Positions 63,160 to 64,000 of a stretch of DNA of 64,000 nucleotides are shown here, in pieces. The notes below the pieces were generated by a model, which saw only the letters and a program-made list of their open reading frames with translations, did not search any database and was not told the DNA's origin. The position numbers and the translations under genes are program-made. Position 1 is the first letter of the stretch, and the number at the start of each line of letters is the position of its first letter. The stretch covers positions 42,906,001-42,970,000 of the forward strand of contig NW_024704743.1 in assembly GCF_018977255.1 (NCBI RefSeq), given 5' to 3'. This DNA is from Callorhinchus milii (Eukaryota).

Positions 63160-63970
63160 CAATTGTGGTCACCACACTTTAGGAAAGATATCAAGGCTTT
63201 GGAGGGAGAGTTACCAGAATGGTACCAGGGATGAGTAGCTAGAATTGTGCTCCTTAGAGCAGAGCAGGTTAAGAGGAAATTTAATAGAGGTGTTCAAAAT
63301 TACGAGGGGTTTTGATAGTGGATAGGGAGAAACTGTTTCCACTGGTAGGTAAGTCGGTAACCATGGGACATAGATTTAAGATAATTGGCTAAAAGAACTA
63401 TAATAATAAATAATAATACTTGCATTTGACATAGCGCCTTATCATATCTTAGAAACATCTCAAAGCGCTTCACAGAAAATACTGTAAAGTGAATTGACTA
63501 TATATTTTGTGGGCGAAACGCGGCAGCCAATTGTGCACAGCAGTGTCCCACAAATAGTTGTGGATTGAGTGACCAAGTTACTTCTTATTTATCTTGAAAG
63601 AATTACGATCCCCGGAAAAGCGATCAGCCAATCGACTAACAATCGGGTTCCCATTTACTGCTAGGTAAACAGAGGTGTGTGGAGTAAGGAAACTTGCCCA
63701 AAGTTTCGGCCAGAAAGGAGATGAGAAGAATTTATTTATTTATTTAAACACAGAGAGTTGTTACGGTCTGGAATGCCCTTTCTGAAAGGGTAGTGGAAAC
63801 AGATGCAATAACAACTTTCAAAGGGGAATTGGATAGGTACTTGAAAAGGAAAAATGTGCAAGGATATGTGGAAAGAGTGGGACTGATTGGGTAGCTCTTC
63901 TAAAGAGCCGGCACAGGCATAATGGGTCAAATGGCCTCCTTCTGTGCTGAAGTATTCTATGATTCTATGA
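63160..63970 (+). mobile_element. CR1 LINE 3' fragment interrupted by a minus-strand SINE (about 63400-63708)
   Basis: LRGNLIEVFKI-like region, then acagagagttgttacggtctggaatgccctt and an attctatgattctatg tail. Confidence 0.85.
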
Positions 63971-64000
63971 AACTTGGAAGATTCAGTCATTCTCTTCAAT

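Noticed and set aside
1..64000. CRISPR arrays, operons or other prokaryotic systems
   Set aside because: The sequence is a spliced vertebrate locus. No regularly spaced repeat-spacer array was seen.

Overview
Vertebrate genomic DNA, most likely from a cartilaginous fish. The dominant tRNA-derived Deu-domain SINE resembles my recollection of the Callorhinchus milii SINE2-1 family, so a chimaera is likely (inference). Three genes lie in the order I recall from human 18q21: the last four exons of type II cadherin CDH20 (+, 1168-8040), the single coding exon of the lysosomal RING E3 ligase RNF152 (-, 29994-30617), and the last three coding exons of PIGN (-, 58360-62837), which the ORF track misses. 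RNF152 has a probable CpG-rich promoter near 36.1-36.3 kb, separated from the CDS by about 2.3 kb of extreme pyrimidine/CTGCC low-complexity DNA. The rest is densely filled with SINEs (about 30 young copies plus an older DeuSINE family) and L2 and CR1 LINE fragments, including one 5'-truncated 2.9-kb L2. The most unusual element is a 245-bp non-coding insertion in a CDH20 intron, flanked by an 11-bp target-site duplication and built from a 99-bp inverted repeat with a minimal hammerhead-ribozyme core on each strand (Penelope/retrozyme-like). A second copy with a better-preserved core is at 41.2 kb. Repeat boundaries are approximate, and all homology calls come from recognition rather than database searches.
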